Origin: Candidatus Micrarchaeota archaeon
GTDB taxonomy: Archaea; Micrarchaeota; Micrarchaeia; Micrarchaeales; Micrarchaeaceae
Reading direction: 5' to 3'
NCBI GenBank assembly: GCA_021827525.1
Contig: JAKAVJ010000013.1
Coordinates: 9,191 to 73,190 of the forward strand
DNA length: 64,000 bases
Below, one piece after another: positions 10,273 to 19,840 of the stretch (position 1 is the first letter of the stretch; each line of letters begins with the position of its first letter). Below the pieces are notes generated by a model, which saw only the letters and a program-made list of their open reading frames with translations, had not been told where the DNA came from and did not search any database. The position numbers and the translations under genes were made by a program.

Positions 10273-12426
10273 ATGCAATATAAGACGCAATCCAAATCAA
10301 ATAATAAATACTTTTATCAGTTGCTTTTAGTCTTCTTATTTGCATTTCTAATTTTGTCAAACGTTTCTTATGCTTCTGGGGCCGCGGCTCCCTACGATGA
10401 GCAATTAGGTATGACGCTAGTTGATAATTATACTGCTCTGGGATATAACGTAACCGCGGTAGCGCAGACATCAGGCACGAGTGGAACTGGACCAGGCTAT
10501 CTGCTAAATGGTTATTCCAATACAGGCTACTGGTACCAGGTGGGGTTATCATGGAATTGGGCGACGTTCTTTGGATATAGTCCTAACCAATTTTTGCTAT
10601 CTTATGAGGTATTTGCACCAAACGGCACATCAATTTATCCCTCCAATGGCGGCACAGGTTTACTTAACCTCTCTGGACCAGTCAATGAAGGGAATATTGT
10701 ACTGCTAAACTTATATCTTGAAAATAATACAGTGATATTTCTTGTAAAAGACTGGAATACTGGCGCTGAGGGTGTTACAACATTTCCAGCCTATGGGGCT
10801 ACGGAATTTGTAGGCAATCCTTATTCTGCTAATACTAACGGCTTTTTTACTGGACTAATGACAGAATGGTATGGTAATGATTCCAGTTTTCCTATACAGC
10901 AAAAGGTGACCTATTCGCCTTATGGAACCATTACATCGCCAGCATGGCTATGGGCTGATGAGTTCTATTGTGTCCAGCCTTGTTACCAAAAACAAGTAAT
11001 ATCATATAATTCAAGTAGCTCGCCGCTTTACCCCACGTCGTCGCATTACTTCACTTTGACCCCTGGTTCTACGGAGGAATATACTTATGGAGCAGTATTT
11101 ATTACTGGGACTACACCGCCTGCGCCATTTTATCTGTTATCTTCTAATATTAATAACTTAGAAGCCGATGAGGGAAGCACTTTGAATTATCTAGTAAACG
11201 TATCTGTTGCCGGTGGGACGCCGCCGTACAAATACAAGATAAATGTAGATGGCATTCCTAATCTAGTCCAGCCAGTAGTATCAAATCAGACTTCAGTAAC
11301 TATGGATTTAAATCTTACAACTGCTTGCATGAAATCCCATTATAATAATTCGTTAATCTGTTCCATAACTCCAGGTTCTTATTACTATAATGTCACAGCG
11401 ACAGACAATGAGGGGCAGACGGTAACAAGTCCACGCGCTCTAATTCAGTTAAACAATCCACCACAGATAACACTTAATATTCCAAAAACTACTATTGATG
11501 CAGGACAAGTATTAGATGCAGCTTATAATGTCACAGGAGGATCTGCGCCTTTTAATGTTTCATATTTCATAGATGGAAAAGGCATAGGAAAAAGCTTAGT
11601 AATACTAGAACCTGGTAATTATTCATTATATGCCGAAGTAACAGATGCTTTCGGAAAAACAGCAACTTCTCCTCAAGTGAATATTGTAGTCAATCGACAG
11701 CCTAGCATTTATGTCAATTATAGTAGCACTACCACGGACGTGAATACGCCACTGAACTTATATGCCAATGCTAGTGGTGGGACGCCGCCGTATAGCTATG
11801 CCTGGTATGTGAATAAACAACTGGTTGGTAGAGGTAGAACATATACATTTTCAGAAAACCAAGCAGGAACCTACATTATATATGCGAGCTTAACTGATGT
11901 AGCTGATTATGTGGTTAATTCATCTCGAACAACTTTGACCGTAAATGCGCGACCGGTCATAAGTACATTCAGAGTGATCCCTGCCTCAAGCTCATCCTTT
12001 GATGTAAATAATAGTGCAAGTGGGGCAGTGAATATAGCGGGTGGGACGCCGCCGTATAGCTATGCCTGGTATGTGAACGGGGTTCTGCAACCAAATTCCA
12101 ATAGCTCTAGCTATATTTTTGAGTCATTGAAAACAGGCGCGAATAATGTAAGCGTAACTGCTATAGACGCATATGGCAATGTAGTACGGGATAGCTTTAT
12201 TGTTGAAACAAGCCATAACTATTCGACTCTAGACGGTATTGTAGTATTAGTAGTGGTTATTGGTTTAATTGTATATTTGCTATATCGTAAAAGGGCCAAA
12301 CCAATCAAAGAAAAGAAACTGGTATCAAAAGTCAGTAGTAAATATCTGAATGTACTAAAGACGAGATATGCAAAAGGCGAAATAACAAAGAAGCAATATG
12401 ACAAACTACGAAAGGATTTAGAATAA
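10273..12426 (+). CDS. Cell-surface protein: signal peptide, beta-rich N-domain, repeated Ig/PKD-like modules, C-terminal TM and SHOCT-like tail
   Basis: Repeated GGTPPY(S/K)Y modules; TM GIVVLVVVIGLIVYLLY; tail LKTRYAKGEITKKQYDKLRKDL. Confidence 0.8.
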   Translation: MQYKTQSKSNNKYFYQLLLVFLFAFLILSNVSYASGAAAPYDEQLGMTLVDNYTALGYNVTAVAQTSGTSGTGPGYLLNGYSNTGYWYQVGLSWNWATFFGYSPNQFLLSYEVFAPNGTSIYPSNGGTGLLNLSGPVNEGNIVLLNLYLENNTVIFLVKDWNTGAEGVTTFPAYGATEFVGNPYSANTNGFFTGLMTEWYGNDSSFPIQQKVTYSPYGTITSPAWLWADEFYCVQPCYQKQVISYNSSSSPLYPTSSHYFTLTPGSTEEYTYGAVFITGTTPPAPFYLLSSNINNLEADEGSTLNYLVNVSVAGGTPPYKYKINVDGIPNLVQPVVSNQTSVTMDLNLTTACMKSHYNNSLICSITPGSYYYNVTATDNEGQTVTSPRALIQLNNPPQITLNIPKTTIDAGQVLDAAYNVTGGSAPFNVSYFIDGKGIGKSLVILEPGNYSLYAEVTDAFGKTATSPQVNIVVNRQPSIYVNYSSTTTDVNTPLNLYANASGGTPPYSYAWYVNKQLVGRGRTYTFSENQAGTYIIYASLTDVADYVVNSSRTTLTVNARPVISTFRVIPASSSSFDVNNSASGAVNIAGGTPPYSYAWYVNGVLQPNSNSSSYIFESLKTGANNVSVTAIDAYGNVVRDSFIVETSHNYSTLDGIVVLVVVIGLIVYLLYRKRAKPIKEKKLVSKVSSKYLNVLKTRYAKGEITKKQYDKLRKDLE

Positions 12427-12460
12427 GGGAATTGCACACGCCTTCCTCGCAAATTGTATT

Positions 12461-12535
12461 TGCTCTGGTCGGGATTTGAACCCGAGTTTCGGCCTTGAGA
12501 GGGCCGCGTCCTTGACCGGGCTAGACGATCAGAGC
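12461..12535 (-). tRNA. tRNA-Glu(CTC)
   Basis: Cloverleaf GCTCTGA...CCAGAGCA, anticodon arm CGGCC-CTCTCAA-GGCCG, T-loop TTCAAAT. Confidence 0.96.
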
Positions 12536-12580
12536 ACTTACGGCGCGCTTTCCTGCGCGAATCTATGTTGTCTATTGGGA

Positions 12581-13372
12581 TTAAAGCCTTATTATTCTTT
12601 TTGCTGTCCTTGCGTTTAGTGAGTCCTCGTCAAGCTTCCATTCTATGAAGCCCAGAGGGTGCATGCCGGAATTGCCTGTGAACTTGCTAAGCCTCCCCAG
12701 CACCTCCTCCTTAACCGCCTCGTCCTCTTCGGGCTTGATTATGCCATGCTCTATTTCCTGCATCTGCTTGCCCACATTGTATATTGATTTGCTTAGGGTA
12801 GAGAAATCCTCGGCATTCATGTTTTTGATGGCTATTGATCTCTGCATCACTTCGAGTCTCTTTGAAGCCTCCAAGCAAGAGTATAGGAAGTCGAAGGGTT
12901 TTTTGTACAGGCCCATCTTTATTCTTGATACTGTCTTATTCATCGGTTCTTTGCGTTCCTGCATTATGATCGGCATTGTTAGAAGGTTGGATGATTTCTC
13001 GGGCCTTTTCCACCGCTTTTTGGGGCCATCATACTCGGCGAGTATTGCTTCTTTGACTTTGGCATCGAGATTCTGGCAAAGGCCGACATATGAGGATGTA
13101 GCTGCGGATATTATGTAGTACAGGTCGCTCGGTCCGATCTCCCTACCCTCCTTCAGCGTCGAAAGCACATTGCCTAGAACCCGTGCGGACCTCTTCGCCT
13201 TGCCTATGTATGTATCGACCTTTTCAGTATCCTCGCCTGCCTTTGAGATGGTATACGTGAGGGCGTACAACAACGCCTTTATCGGGAGTGAATTCATCCT
13301 GCATTGTATTTCCTTGGTCTTGTACTTGAAGCGGGGTTTCTTGGCTACGCTTTTTATTCTCTGCTGCGGCAT
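12581..13372 (-). CDS. Hypothetical protein
   Basis: 263-aa ORF with a GGTGA RBS, tightly packed behind the upstream gene. Confidence 0.65.
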   Translation of the reverse strand: MPQQRIKSVAKKPRFKYKTKEIQCRMNSLPIKALLYALTYTISKAGEDTEKVDTYIGKAKRSARVLGNVLSTLKEGREIGPSDLYYIISAATSSYVGLCQNLDAKVKEAILAEYDGPKKRWKRPEKSSNLLTMPIIMQERKEPMNKTVSRIKMGLYKKPFDFLYSCLEASKRLEVMQRSIAIKNMNAEDFSTLSKSIYNVGKQMQEIEHGIIKPEEDEAVKEEVLGRLSKFTGNSGMHPLGFIEWKLDEDSLNARTAKRIIRL

Positions 13373-13384
13373 CAGGTCACCAGT

Positions 13385-13858
13385 TCATCTCCTGTTGGAT
13401 TTTTTGTTTAGCATCGCTTCACTTATCGAGTATTTAGCTATTACCTTCGCCTTTATCAAATCGGTGCTGCTGATGCCTGCAGCGCGGCTCTTATGCTCTG
13501 CCTGCTTAAGCTTACTGGAATAGGTATTGTAAGCCTTCACTGCTGCAGCATATGCATCGAGCTCATGCTGGTTGTAGATGTTAGCGCCCTTTACCAGGAG
13601 TCGTTTCTCTTCGACTGTCAGATCCTTTTCTGGTGCAAAGATCCTTGAGCTGAATATGGCGTTTATCTTCCTGATCTCCTCGCCAATCTTCTTTTTATCT
13701 GTAGCTATTATTGACGGGGTACCATGTTTTTCTATAGTGCTTACAACCCATCCATCGTCGGCGAATTTCTTATGGGCGCAGCCGAGAAATCGGCCGTCAA
13801 GGCTTATGCATGCTACTGCAATAGTCTTCCCAGGATCTATCCCAACTATCATATGCAC
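13385..13858 (-). CDS. DUF460-like RNase H-fold protein
   Basis: IVGIDPGKTIAVA, IIATDK, DLTVEEK, HELDAYAAA. Confidence 0.8.
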   Translation of the reverse strand: MHMIVGIDPGKTIAVACISLDGRFLGCAHKKFADDGWVVSTIEKHGTPSIIATDKKKIGEEIRKINAIFSSRIFAPEKDLTVEEKRLLVKGANIYNQHELDAYAAAVKAYNTYSSKLKQAEHKSRAAGISSTDLIKAKVIAKYSISEAMLNKKSNRR

Positions 13859-13866
13859 CGATACAC

Positions 13867-14946
13867 CTACTTCGTCTTGTTAATCGTGCTGAGCGTGTAG
13901 TTTATAGCCGAATCTAGGGTCTGCGGCAGTGTCTGGTACTTGCAGTTAACTATGAATGTCGGCAGCACGTTTATGTTGTACAATGACGCGAACTGTGACT
14001 GCGCGTCAAGAGGCTCGGATACGCTAGCGAGACAGTTGTCAAAGCTGGTCGTGTTGATGCCTGATGCCTGCACTACGCTGTACAGCACACTGCTGGATTG
14101 TGGAATAGATGTATCCACGGTGCTCAGATCGTCTATGAACTGCCCGAACTGCGGCTGGTGGGATGCACACACGAGATAATCGCCGAGGCGCTGCGTCGCA
14201 GCTACCCCGTACTGCTTGTAAAGGTTTATTGAGTAATCCGAGAATATGAAATAGTAATTCATGTTTATCTTGCCGGAATATTGAGAGGATGTGTTCATAG
14301 CCCTTTTTATTGCAGCTATGGTCCCTGGCGCGTATGGGTCGGTGATAAGGTATACAGGGATTGGCGTGGAGTAGTTGCACAGATACTTGTTGGTCAGGTC
14401 CACAGTGCCGAAAGAAACGGTAGAGTAATTGCTCAACATAGCGGGCTTTGCTGTAGACAGGAAGACGTTATCAAGGCTCAGGTTCTTGTATAGAAGGATG
14501 GATATGTTGTATTCGGTATTGTTCTCAAACGGGTCCAGGTATGGGATTGTCACAAGCCAGGTGCCGTTGGCCTGCATATAGTATGCATGTGATTTGTTCA
14601 TAAGAGAGTAGTATGGCAGTATTGATAGGGCAGAGCTGAAATTCTGGTAGCCTGCGAGCACCCTACCAGCAGCAGCTATAACGTTAGCTTGTGCAGTCGC
14701 ATTCTGCGAAGGCGAAGGCGCGCAGGTGTTATTCACTATGCCGTACTGGCAGTTTTCCAGCACCACCCCCTGCTTGAACACAGACAGTGCAAATGCAACT
14801 ACGACAAGCAGTATTACCAAAGCTATCAGGGTTATGTGCAGGTAGTCCAATCCGCCCATTCGTGAAGCACGTTTCACTATGAACACGGGTTCGCCTTTGG
14901 GCCCTGTGATGGCCTTTTTCGTTGTTCCACGTCTATTGTTCGCCAT
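13867..14946 (-). CDS. Membrane-anchored extracellular protein with a C-terminal DsbA/thioredoxin-like fold
   Basis: One N-terminal TM; C-terminal SFDNCL...YNINVLPTFIVN resembles the DsbA-family cis-Pro loop; no CxxC. Confidence 0.6.
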   Translation of the reverse strand: MANNRRGTTKKAITGPKGEPVFIVKRASRMGGLDYLHITLIALVILLVVVAFALSVFKQGVVLENCQYGIVNNTCAPSPSQNATAQANVIAAAGRVLAGYQNFSSALSILPYYSLMNKSHAYYMQANGTWLVTIPYLDPFENNTEYNISILLYKNLSLDNVFLSTAKPAMLSNYSTVSFGTVDLTNKYLCNYSTPIPVYLITDPYAPGTIAAIKRAMNTSSQYSGKINMNYYFIFSDYSINLYKQYGVAATQRLGDYLVCASHQPQFGQFIDDLSTVDTSIPQSSSVLYSVVQASGINTTSFDNCLASVSEPLDAQSQFASLYNINVLPTFIVNCKYQTLPQTLDSAINYTLSTINKTK

Positions 14947-14965
14947 TGATTTCACCGCTTTAAGG

Positions 14966-15065
14966 CGGGCCTGGTGGGATTTTCACCGCCCTGCTAGGGG
15001 CAAATTTGAACCCACGACCTTCATCTTAGGAGGATGCCGCTCTATCCAAGCTGAGCTACAGGCCC
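14966..15065 (-). tRNA. tRNA-Arg(CCT) with a 25-nt T-loop intron (59/60; intron 14980..15004)
   Basis: Acceptor stem GGGCCTG/CAGGCCC, anticodon loop CTCCTAA; GTGGG-TTCAAA|intron|T-CCCAC forms a BHB (TTCA/TGAA helix, AAT bulges, outer helix TTGCCC/GGGCGG). Confidence 0.93.
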
Positions 15066-15132
15066 ACCATTATTACTTAGAGTTATTGCAATCAAGTGTT
15101 TTTATTTGTTTCCGTCAATAGCCTTTAGCCAA

Positions 15133-17010
15133 TCACATCCTCTCCAGCGGCGTTATGCCGAGGGTCTTTAGAACTCCGCCCATCATCTCCTTGAAGGCCA
15201 TCACCAGAAGCAGCCTTGCTCTGCGCGTCTTCTCATCGGCCTTGAATATAGGTGAGCTCTCATAGAATTTGCTGAACGCCTGGGCGAGGTCATTTGCATA
15301 GTCGGTAAGAACATTGGGCCGCAGCTCGCGATACGATTTCTCTAGCATATACCTGCCAAGCATTAGCTGCTTCACTAGATCGAATTCCTGTTCGCTGGTC
15401 AATCCGCTGAAGTCGGCATCAGACGCCCGGAGCTGTTCGGCCTTTGAGTCCTCTATCAGCCTCGAAGCACGAGCATGCATGTACTGGCAGTATGGCCCCG
15501 AGTTGCCCTCGAAATTCAGCGCCCTTGACCAAGAGAATATTATGCGCTTTTCCGGAGATATCTTGAGGAACTCGAATTTTATGCCAGAAAGAGCTATGTT
15601 CTTTATTATGTACTCCTGCTCCTCCCTGTCCTTTACAAGCCTGTTGCTCATCAGCGCCGCAGCCTTCTTCTTGCTTTCTTCGAGCAGCTCGTCCGCAGTA
15701 AAACCTATCCATGTGCCCTTCCTGCCGGCAAGATGGCCCGTTTCAAGGTCCACCACGCCATATGCCACGTGCATCAGGTCCTTGCCCCTGCTGCCTTCCA
15801 TTTTCATTATGGAGAATTTCACCGCGGCCTGCTCGTTGCTCTGCCTGACGTCGATGGTATTTATCGCTTTGTTCATGTTGCCGAAGTCTTTGCTGTCGCC
15901 CTGCTGCGATGTTATGTACAATGCCTTGCCGTTGGGCTGCACGGTAAATATGGAATACCTGAATGGATTCTTCAAGAGGCCGAACTTCCACATGTGAAAC
16001 GCTATGTCCTTGGCCACATAAGTGGGCACGCCGTTGCTCCTTACCAGCACTTTCACTTTCTCCTTCGCATTGGAGATTTCCTTAGGCAAGCCCTCTATCC
16101 CGGTAAAATCGATCACAGTGCAATTCTCATACTTGCCTGTGCCCTCGCTTATAACTCCTTTTTCGCGCAGCACGGCAATGGCCTTGTCGAGCAGGCGCTC
16201 GCGCACTATATCCGATTCCCTTATCAGTACATCGTGGTATATGCCGTAATCGAATGAGGTCAGGTAATATGCCTCCACGCATTTGCCAGTAACATCCCTT
16301 GCAATCTTGGCCTCTTCGGTGCTATTATCTTCTATCTTCACTACGGCCTCGTTTATCATCTTGCTTATCCTTTCGTCCTTGGCCTTGGCATTCACTTCAA
16401 CATAGATATTGCCGAGCCAGTGATCGAATTTGCCTTCCTGCTTCTTTGCTGTGTCTATTATCTCAGGATGCATATACCCCCATACCGCCTGTGTCGCCTG
16501 AAGGCCGAGATCGTCTATGTAGTCCTCCCGCTCGACATATGCGCCGCAGCTCTCATGTATGTTTGCTATGGTATCGCCGAGCAATGCGCTTCGCAGATGC
16601 CCTATGTGCCATGGGTGTGCAGGATTGACACTGGGGTATTCAATTATCGCCCTGTCTGCCCCTGCTATGTCCGACCTCAGGCATCCCTCCTTTGCGGCCA
16701 GTATGCCAGATATTGCATCTTTTGCAACCATGCCCCTATCCAGTGTGAAGTTTATGAACCCTCCTTTTTGCTCTATCGAGCCCACATATTGTGGCCTTTT
16801 CATTGCAGCTATTATAGAATTTGCTACGTCTTCTGGGTTTCTCCCCTCCCGCTTGCCTATGCTCAACGCTATTGAGCAGGATATATCGCCGAAACCCTTT
16901 GACATGCCTATGCTGTTGTAAAGGTCTGCATCAGGAACGGCATTCCCCTTTATCGAATCGCGCAAAGAGCTGGCGATGCTTTCCTTTATAGCTATGTAAT
17001 CGAGTGGCAT
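15133..17010 (-). CDS. argS: Arginyl-tRNA synthetase
   Basis: SVNPAHPWHIGHLR (HIGH), YIDDLGLQ, FEGNSGPYCQYMHAR, C-terminal LERM. Confidence 0.97.
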   Translation of the reverse strand: MPLDYIAIKESIASSLRDSIKGNAVPDADLYNSIGMSKGFGDISCSIALSIGKREGRNPEDVANSIIAAMKRPQYVGSIEQKGGFINFTLDRGMVAKDAISGILAAKEGCLRSDIAGADRAIIEYPSVNPAHPWHIGHLRSALLGDTIANIHESCGAYVEREDYIDDLGLQATQAVWGYMHPEIIDTAKKQEGKFDHWLGNIYVEVNAKAKDERISKMINEAVVKIEDNSTEEAKIARDVTGKCVEAYYLTSFDYGIYHDVLIRESDIVRERLLDKAIAVLREKGVISEGTGKYENCTVIDFTGIEGLPKEISNAKEKVKVLVRSNGVPTYVAKDIAFHMWKFGLLKNPFRYSIFTVQPNGKALYITSQQGDSKDFGNMNKAINTIDVRQSNEQAAVKFSIMKMEGSRGKDLMHVAYGVVDLETGHLAGRKGTWIGFTADELLEESKKKAAALMSNRLVKDREEQEYIIKNIALSGIKFEFLKISPEKRIIFSWSRALNFEGNSGPYCQYMHARASRLIEDSKAEQLRASDADFSGLTSEQEFDLVKQLMLGRYMLEKSYRELRPNVLTDYANDLAQAFSKFYESSPIFKADEKTRRARLLLVMAFKEMMGGVLKTLGITPLERM

Positions 17011-17014
17011 TGAC

Positions 17015-18559
17015 TCACACTTTTATGGTATCGTATCTTTTGAGCTCGAAAGGTATGCGATCTATTATATCCTGAGCTATTATATGGCTGCCTTTTTCAG
17101 CATATAATGCGTCACCGATTGCCGAATGCGCATAAACTGCAGCTACGGCGCTCTCGAAACTGTCCGCATGCACAGATGCATACGAACCTATCATACCAGA
17201 TAGCACATCCCCCGTACCCATGGTCGCCAATGCGGGCGTCTTCGCTATGTTTATCTTCAGGAGATCGCCATTGGTAATTATGGTCTCATTGCCTTTGAGC
17301 ACGAGCACGCAGTTATACCGCTTGGCAAAATCCAATGCAGACATCACTTTGTTGTGCAGGGTTTCTTTGGATAGATCAATACCCGATATGGACTTGTATT
17401 CGCCGTAATGAGGGGTCAGTATCATGTCGTTGCGTATCAGGTTCTGGTATTTCGTCAGTGCTTTCATTGCCCCTGCATCTATGACCATATGGTTTCCCAG
17501 CTCTCTCTCGTACTTTATTATTGCCATGAGCTTTTTGTAGGAGTACTTGAGGTTGGCTATGCCAGGGCCTAGCACCATTGCGGTATGCTTTGTATTGTGT
17601 ATTATCTCTATAACGCCTTCTAGCTCGGGAGACTCTTCGAAGCCCTTCACAATTATGCCGGGGGATTGCTGCCTTAAAAGCATTTCTATCTGTTTCGGCA
17701 CTGCAACAGTCACATAACCAGAGCTCAACCTTAGCGCAGCTATGGCCATATTGGCTGCACGCGCAGCTAGAACCGGTGCGCCGTGATAGTCCTTGCTGCC
17801 GCCTATTACCAGCACGCTGCCGCGTGAATACTTGTTTGCATATAGGTACGTAGGTTCGGTAGCAAGAGCCACATCTCCAGGCCCAGACAATACCTCTGCG
17901 GATATAGGCACGCCTATATCTATGGTGTTTAGACCCTGCATAGAGCTGTTCTTCGCTATACCTTTCTTTATCTTGTGCAACGCTAGTATCGCCGTAGGCT
18001 TGACGTGTATCACGTTCATTGTGCCTGTGTCCGGATCCACCCCCGAGGGTATATCTATAGATATGACCTCTTTCTTGGAATCGTTGACCATCTTTATCGT
18101 ATCCCTAACTAGCCCTGTGAGCCTCCCCCTGAGGCCTATGCCTATCATGGCGTCGATGACGGTATCGCTTTTTGACAGGTATCTCTTTAATGTATTTACG
18201 TTGCCTTCGTCTATCATATCTATGTTCATCATGTCTGATAGTATTCTGTAATTGAGCAATGCGGCCTTCCTGTGCATCTCGGATATGTTGCCGATTATTG
18301 CAACCCTCACATTGGTATAGTTGTAGAGATGCCTTGCTAGCGCCATTCCTACAGCGCCCTTGCCTCCGGTGCCGCAGAGTATGAGAAAGTTGTAGCCTTT
18401 CTTGCTCCGCATCAGGTACTCGGCTATTGCCGAGCCAGCGTTCTCAGTCATAATATTTTCCTCGAACCCCAGCGCCTCGGCATTTGCAAGCAGGGCGTAT
18501 GCACGCCTCTTGCTAAAGTACTTATGCGTGTATATTGTAAACTCTTTTAAACTTTGCAT
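17015..18559 (-). CDS. nnr: Bifunctional NAD(P)HX epimerase/dehydratase (YjeF/Nnr)
   Basis: MTENAG, IDAMIGIG, SIDIPSG, GSVLVIGGS, LTPHYGE, VLKG, LATMGTGDVLSG. Confidence 0.93.
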   Translation of the reverse strand: MQSLKEFTIYTHKYFSKRRAYALLANAEALGFEENIMTENAGSAIAEYLMRSKKGYNFLILCGTGGKGAVGMALARHLYNYTNVRVAIIGNISEMHRKAALLNYRILSDMMNIDMIDEGNVNTLKRYLSKSDTVIDAMIGIGLRGRLTGLVRDTIKMVNDSKKEVISIDIPSGVDPDTGTMNVIHVKPTAILALHKIKKGIAKNSSMQGLNTIDIGVPISAEVLSGPGDVALATEPTYLYANKYSRGSVLVIGGSKDYHGAPVLAARAANMAIAALRLSSGYVTVAVPKQIEMLLRQQSPGIIVKGFEESPELEGVIEIIHNTKHTAMVLGPGIANLKYSYKKLMAIIKYERELGNHMVIDAGAMKALTKYQNLIRNDMILTPHYGEYKSISGIDLSKETLHNKVMSALDFAKRYNCVLVLKGNETIITNGDLLKINIAKTPALATMGTGDVLSGMIGSYASVHADSFESAVAAVYAHSAIGDALYAEKGSHIIAQDIIDRIPFELKRYDTIKV

Positions 18560-18603
18560 AGTATTAATTCTTTAATAATATTAAAAGACTTAGCGGTGTT
18601 TGA

Positions 18604-19479
18604 ATCTCGAAGATATATAAGCAGGGCAATAAGCTCGTTGTCAGCATACCTTACGAAGTTATGACTGCGCTTAACATAAAGGAGGGCGACGAGGTCGACT
18701 TCTTCAAGTATTCCGATACATACTTCCTTTTCGCCAAGAAGAGCGACGTAGTGAAGGCGATAACCAGCTTCAAGCCAGGGAACTCGCAGGCGAACAGGCA
18801 GCCGCAAGGGTTTCCCAAGGAGGTTGGTCGCATAGAGCTCAGTACTCCTGAGCTTGCGCTGCTGAAGAAGCTAGACACGATAAAATACAACGATAGAACC
18901 GAGGCGAAGGTGTTGGGCATGCTAAGCAGCGAGGAGAAGAAGGCGTTGCAGAGCCTGATTTCAAAGAAAGCAGTATCGCTGTTCAAGAAGGAGGATGCGT
19001 CAAGGTACAGCATAACAAAGAGCGTCTATGACAGGTTCCTGTACGGCAAGCGGGAGGAAAAACCAGAAGTCAGGGCGCCAGAGCAGGAGAAACACGCGGA
19101 GAGGGCAGTAGAAAAGACGTGGGTATCAAAGCTCAAGGAGCAGAACATGTATGCGGACCTGCTCGAGGCGAAGGGGTACATAGTGCTTTCCAATGAGGCT
19201 GAGGCCGCTGGACTATCGACTGCGCTTGAGGAGAGCATAAGGATGGGTCTAGTCGTAGGCACGAGGGCCTTCAATAAAAAGTTTTATGTAGCGCTGAAGG
19301 GTTTCGTCACCCAGAATGCACCTGCCATACTTAGGCTCATAGAGAAGAAGAGCGCAGATATAGCGGCCATAGCAAAGGGAGCAGGGTTGGAGGAGGATGC
19401 CGCCAGAACAATATTGTACCTGTTGGCTGAGAGCGGCGACGTCACTGAAGTAAGGCGGGACATATTCAAAGCTGCTTGA
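18604..19479 (+). CDS. AbrB/MazE-domain protein with C-terminal HTH-like regions (start inferred upstream of ATG 18661)
   Basis: In-frame upstream codons give ISKIYKQGNKLVVSIPYEVMTALNIKEGDEV, a complete AbrB swapped-hairpin motif. Confidence 0.7.
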   Translation: MSKIYKQGNKLVVSIPYEVMTALNIKEGDEVDFFKYSDTYFLFAKKSDVVKAITSFKPGNSQANRQPQGFPKEVGRIELSTPELALLKKLDTIKYNDRTEAKVLGMLSSEEKKALQSLISKKAVSLFKKEDASRYSITKSVYDRFLYGKREEKPEVRAPEQEKHAERAVEKTWVSKLKEQNMYADLLEAKGYIVLSNEAEAAGLSTALEESIRMGLVVGTRAFNKKFYVALKGFVTQNAPAILRLIEKKSADIAAIAKGAGLEEDAARTILYLLAESGDVTEVRRDIFKAA

Positions 19480-19513
19480 ATCAGGTACTTGCAGGGCTAG
19501 ATTGTGCCATGTA

Positions 19514-19669
19514 TTATACTGCGGCGAAGTGGTTAACTATGATTAGTATTATCGCAAATACCACTATCGCTATTAGGACTACTTTCGGCCCGACCTTAGG
19601 GCCTTTCGATGGAGCGTCATAGAAACTCATGATTCCCGCTTGAGACTGCGGGGTATACAATGTTGCCAT
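19514..19669 (-). CDS. secG: Preprotein translocase subunit Sec61beta (archaeal SecG); absent from the ORF track
   Basis: 51 aa MATLYTPQSQAGIMSFYDAPSKGPKVGPKVVLIAIVVFAIILIIVNHFAAV with the typical AG(I/L)MxF motif and a single C-terminal TM; GGTGA RBS. Confidence 0.88.
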   Translation of the reverse strand: MATLYTPQSQAGIMSFYDAPSKGPKVGPKVVLIAIVVFAIILIIVNHFAAV

Positions 19670-19840
19670 AGCCTTTCACCTTTGCTGCATCTTACATATG
19701 CTATTTAATGTTCAACTTTAATAATGTTTCCCTGTCCTGCCTGTCTTCGATGCAGAAAAGCCATGCAAAGCCTGCAAGTATCGAGTATATATAGTTTTCA
19801 TTTTTAATAATGTATAGGTGCTTGGTTGGAAGCTGCTCCT

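Larger units (their letters stand above)
9818..12471. mobile_element. Small AT-rich genomic islet integrated at the tRNA-Glu 3' end (no integrase inside)
   Basis: Flanking 19-bp att-like repeats, visibly AT-rich composition, one surface-protein gene as cargo. Confidence 0.55.
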
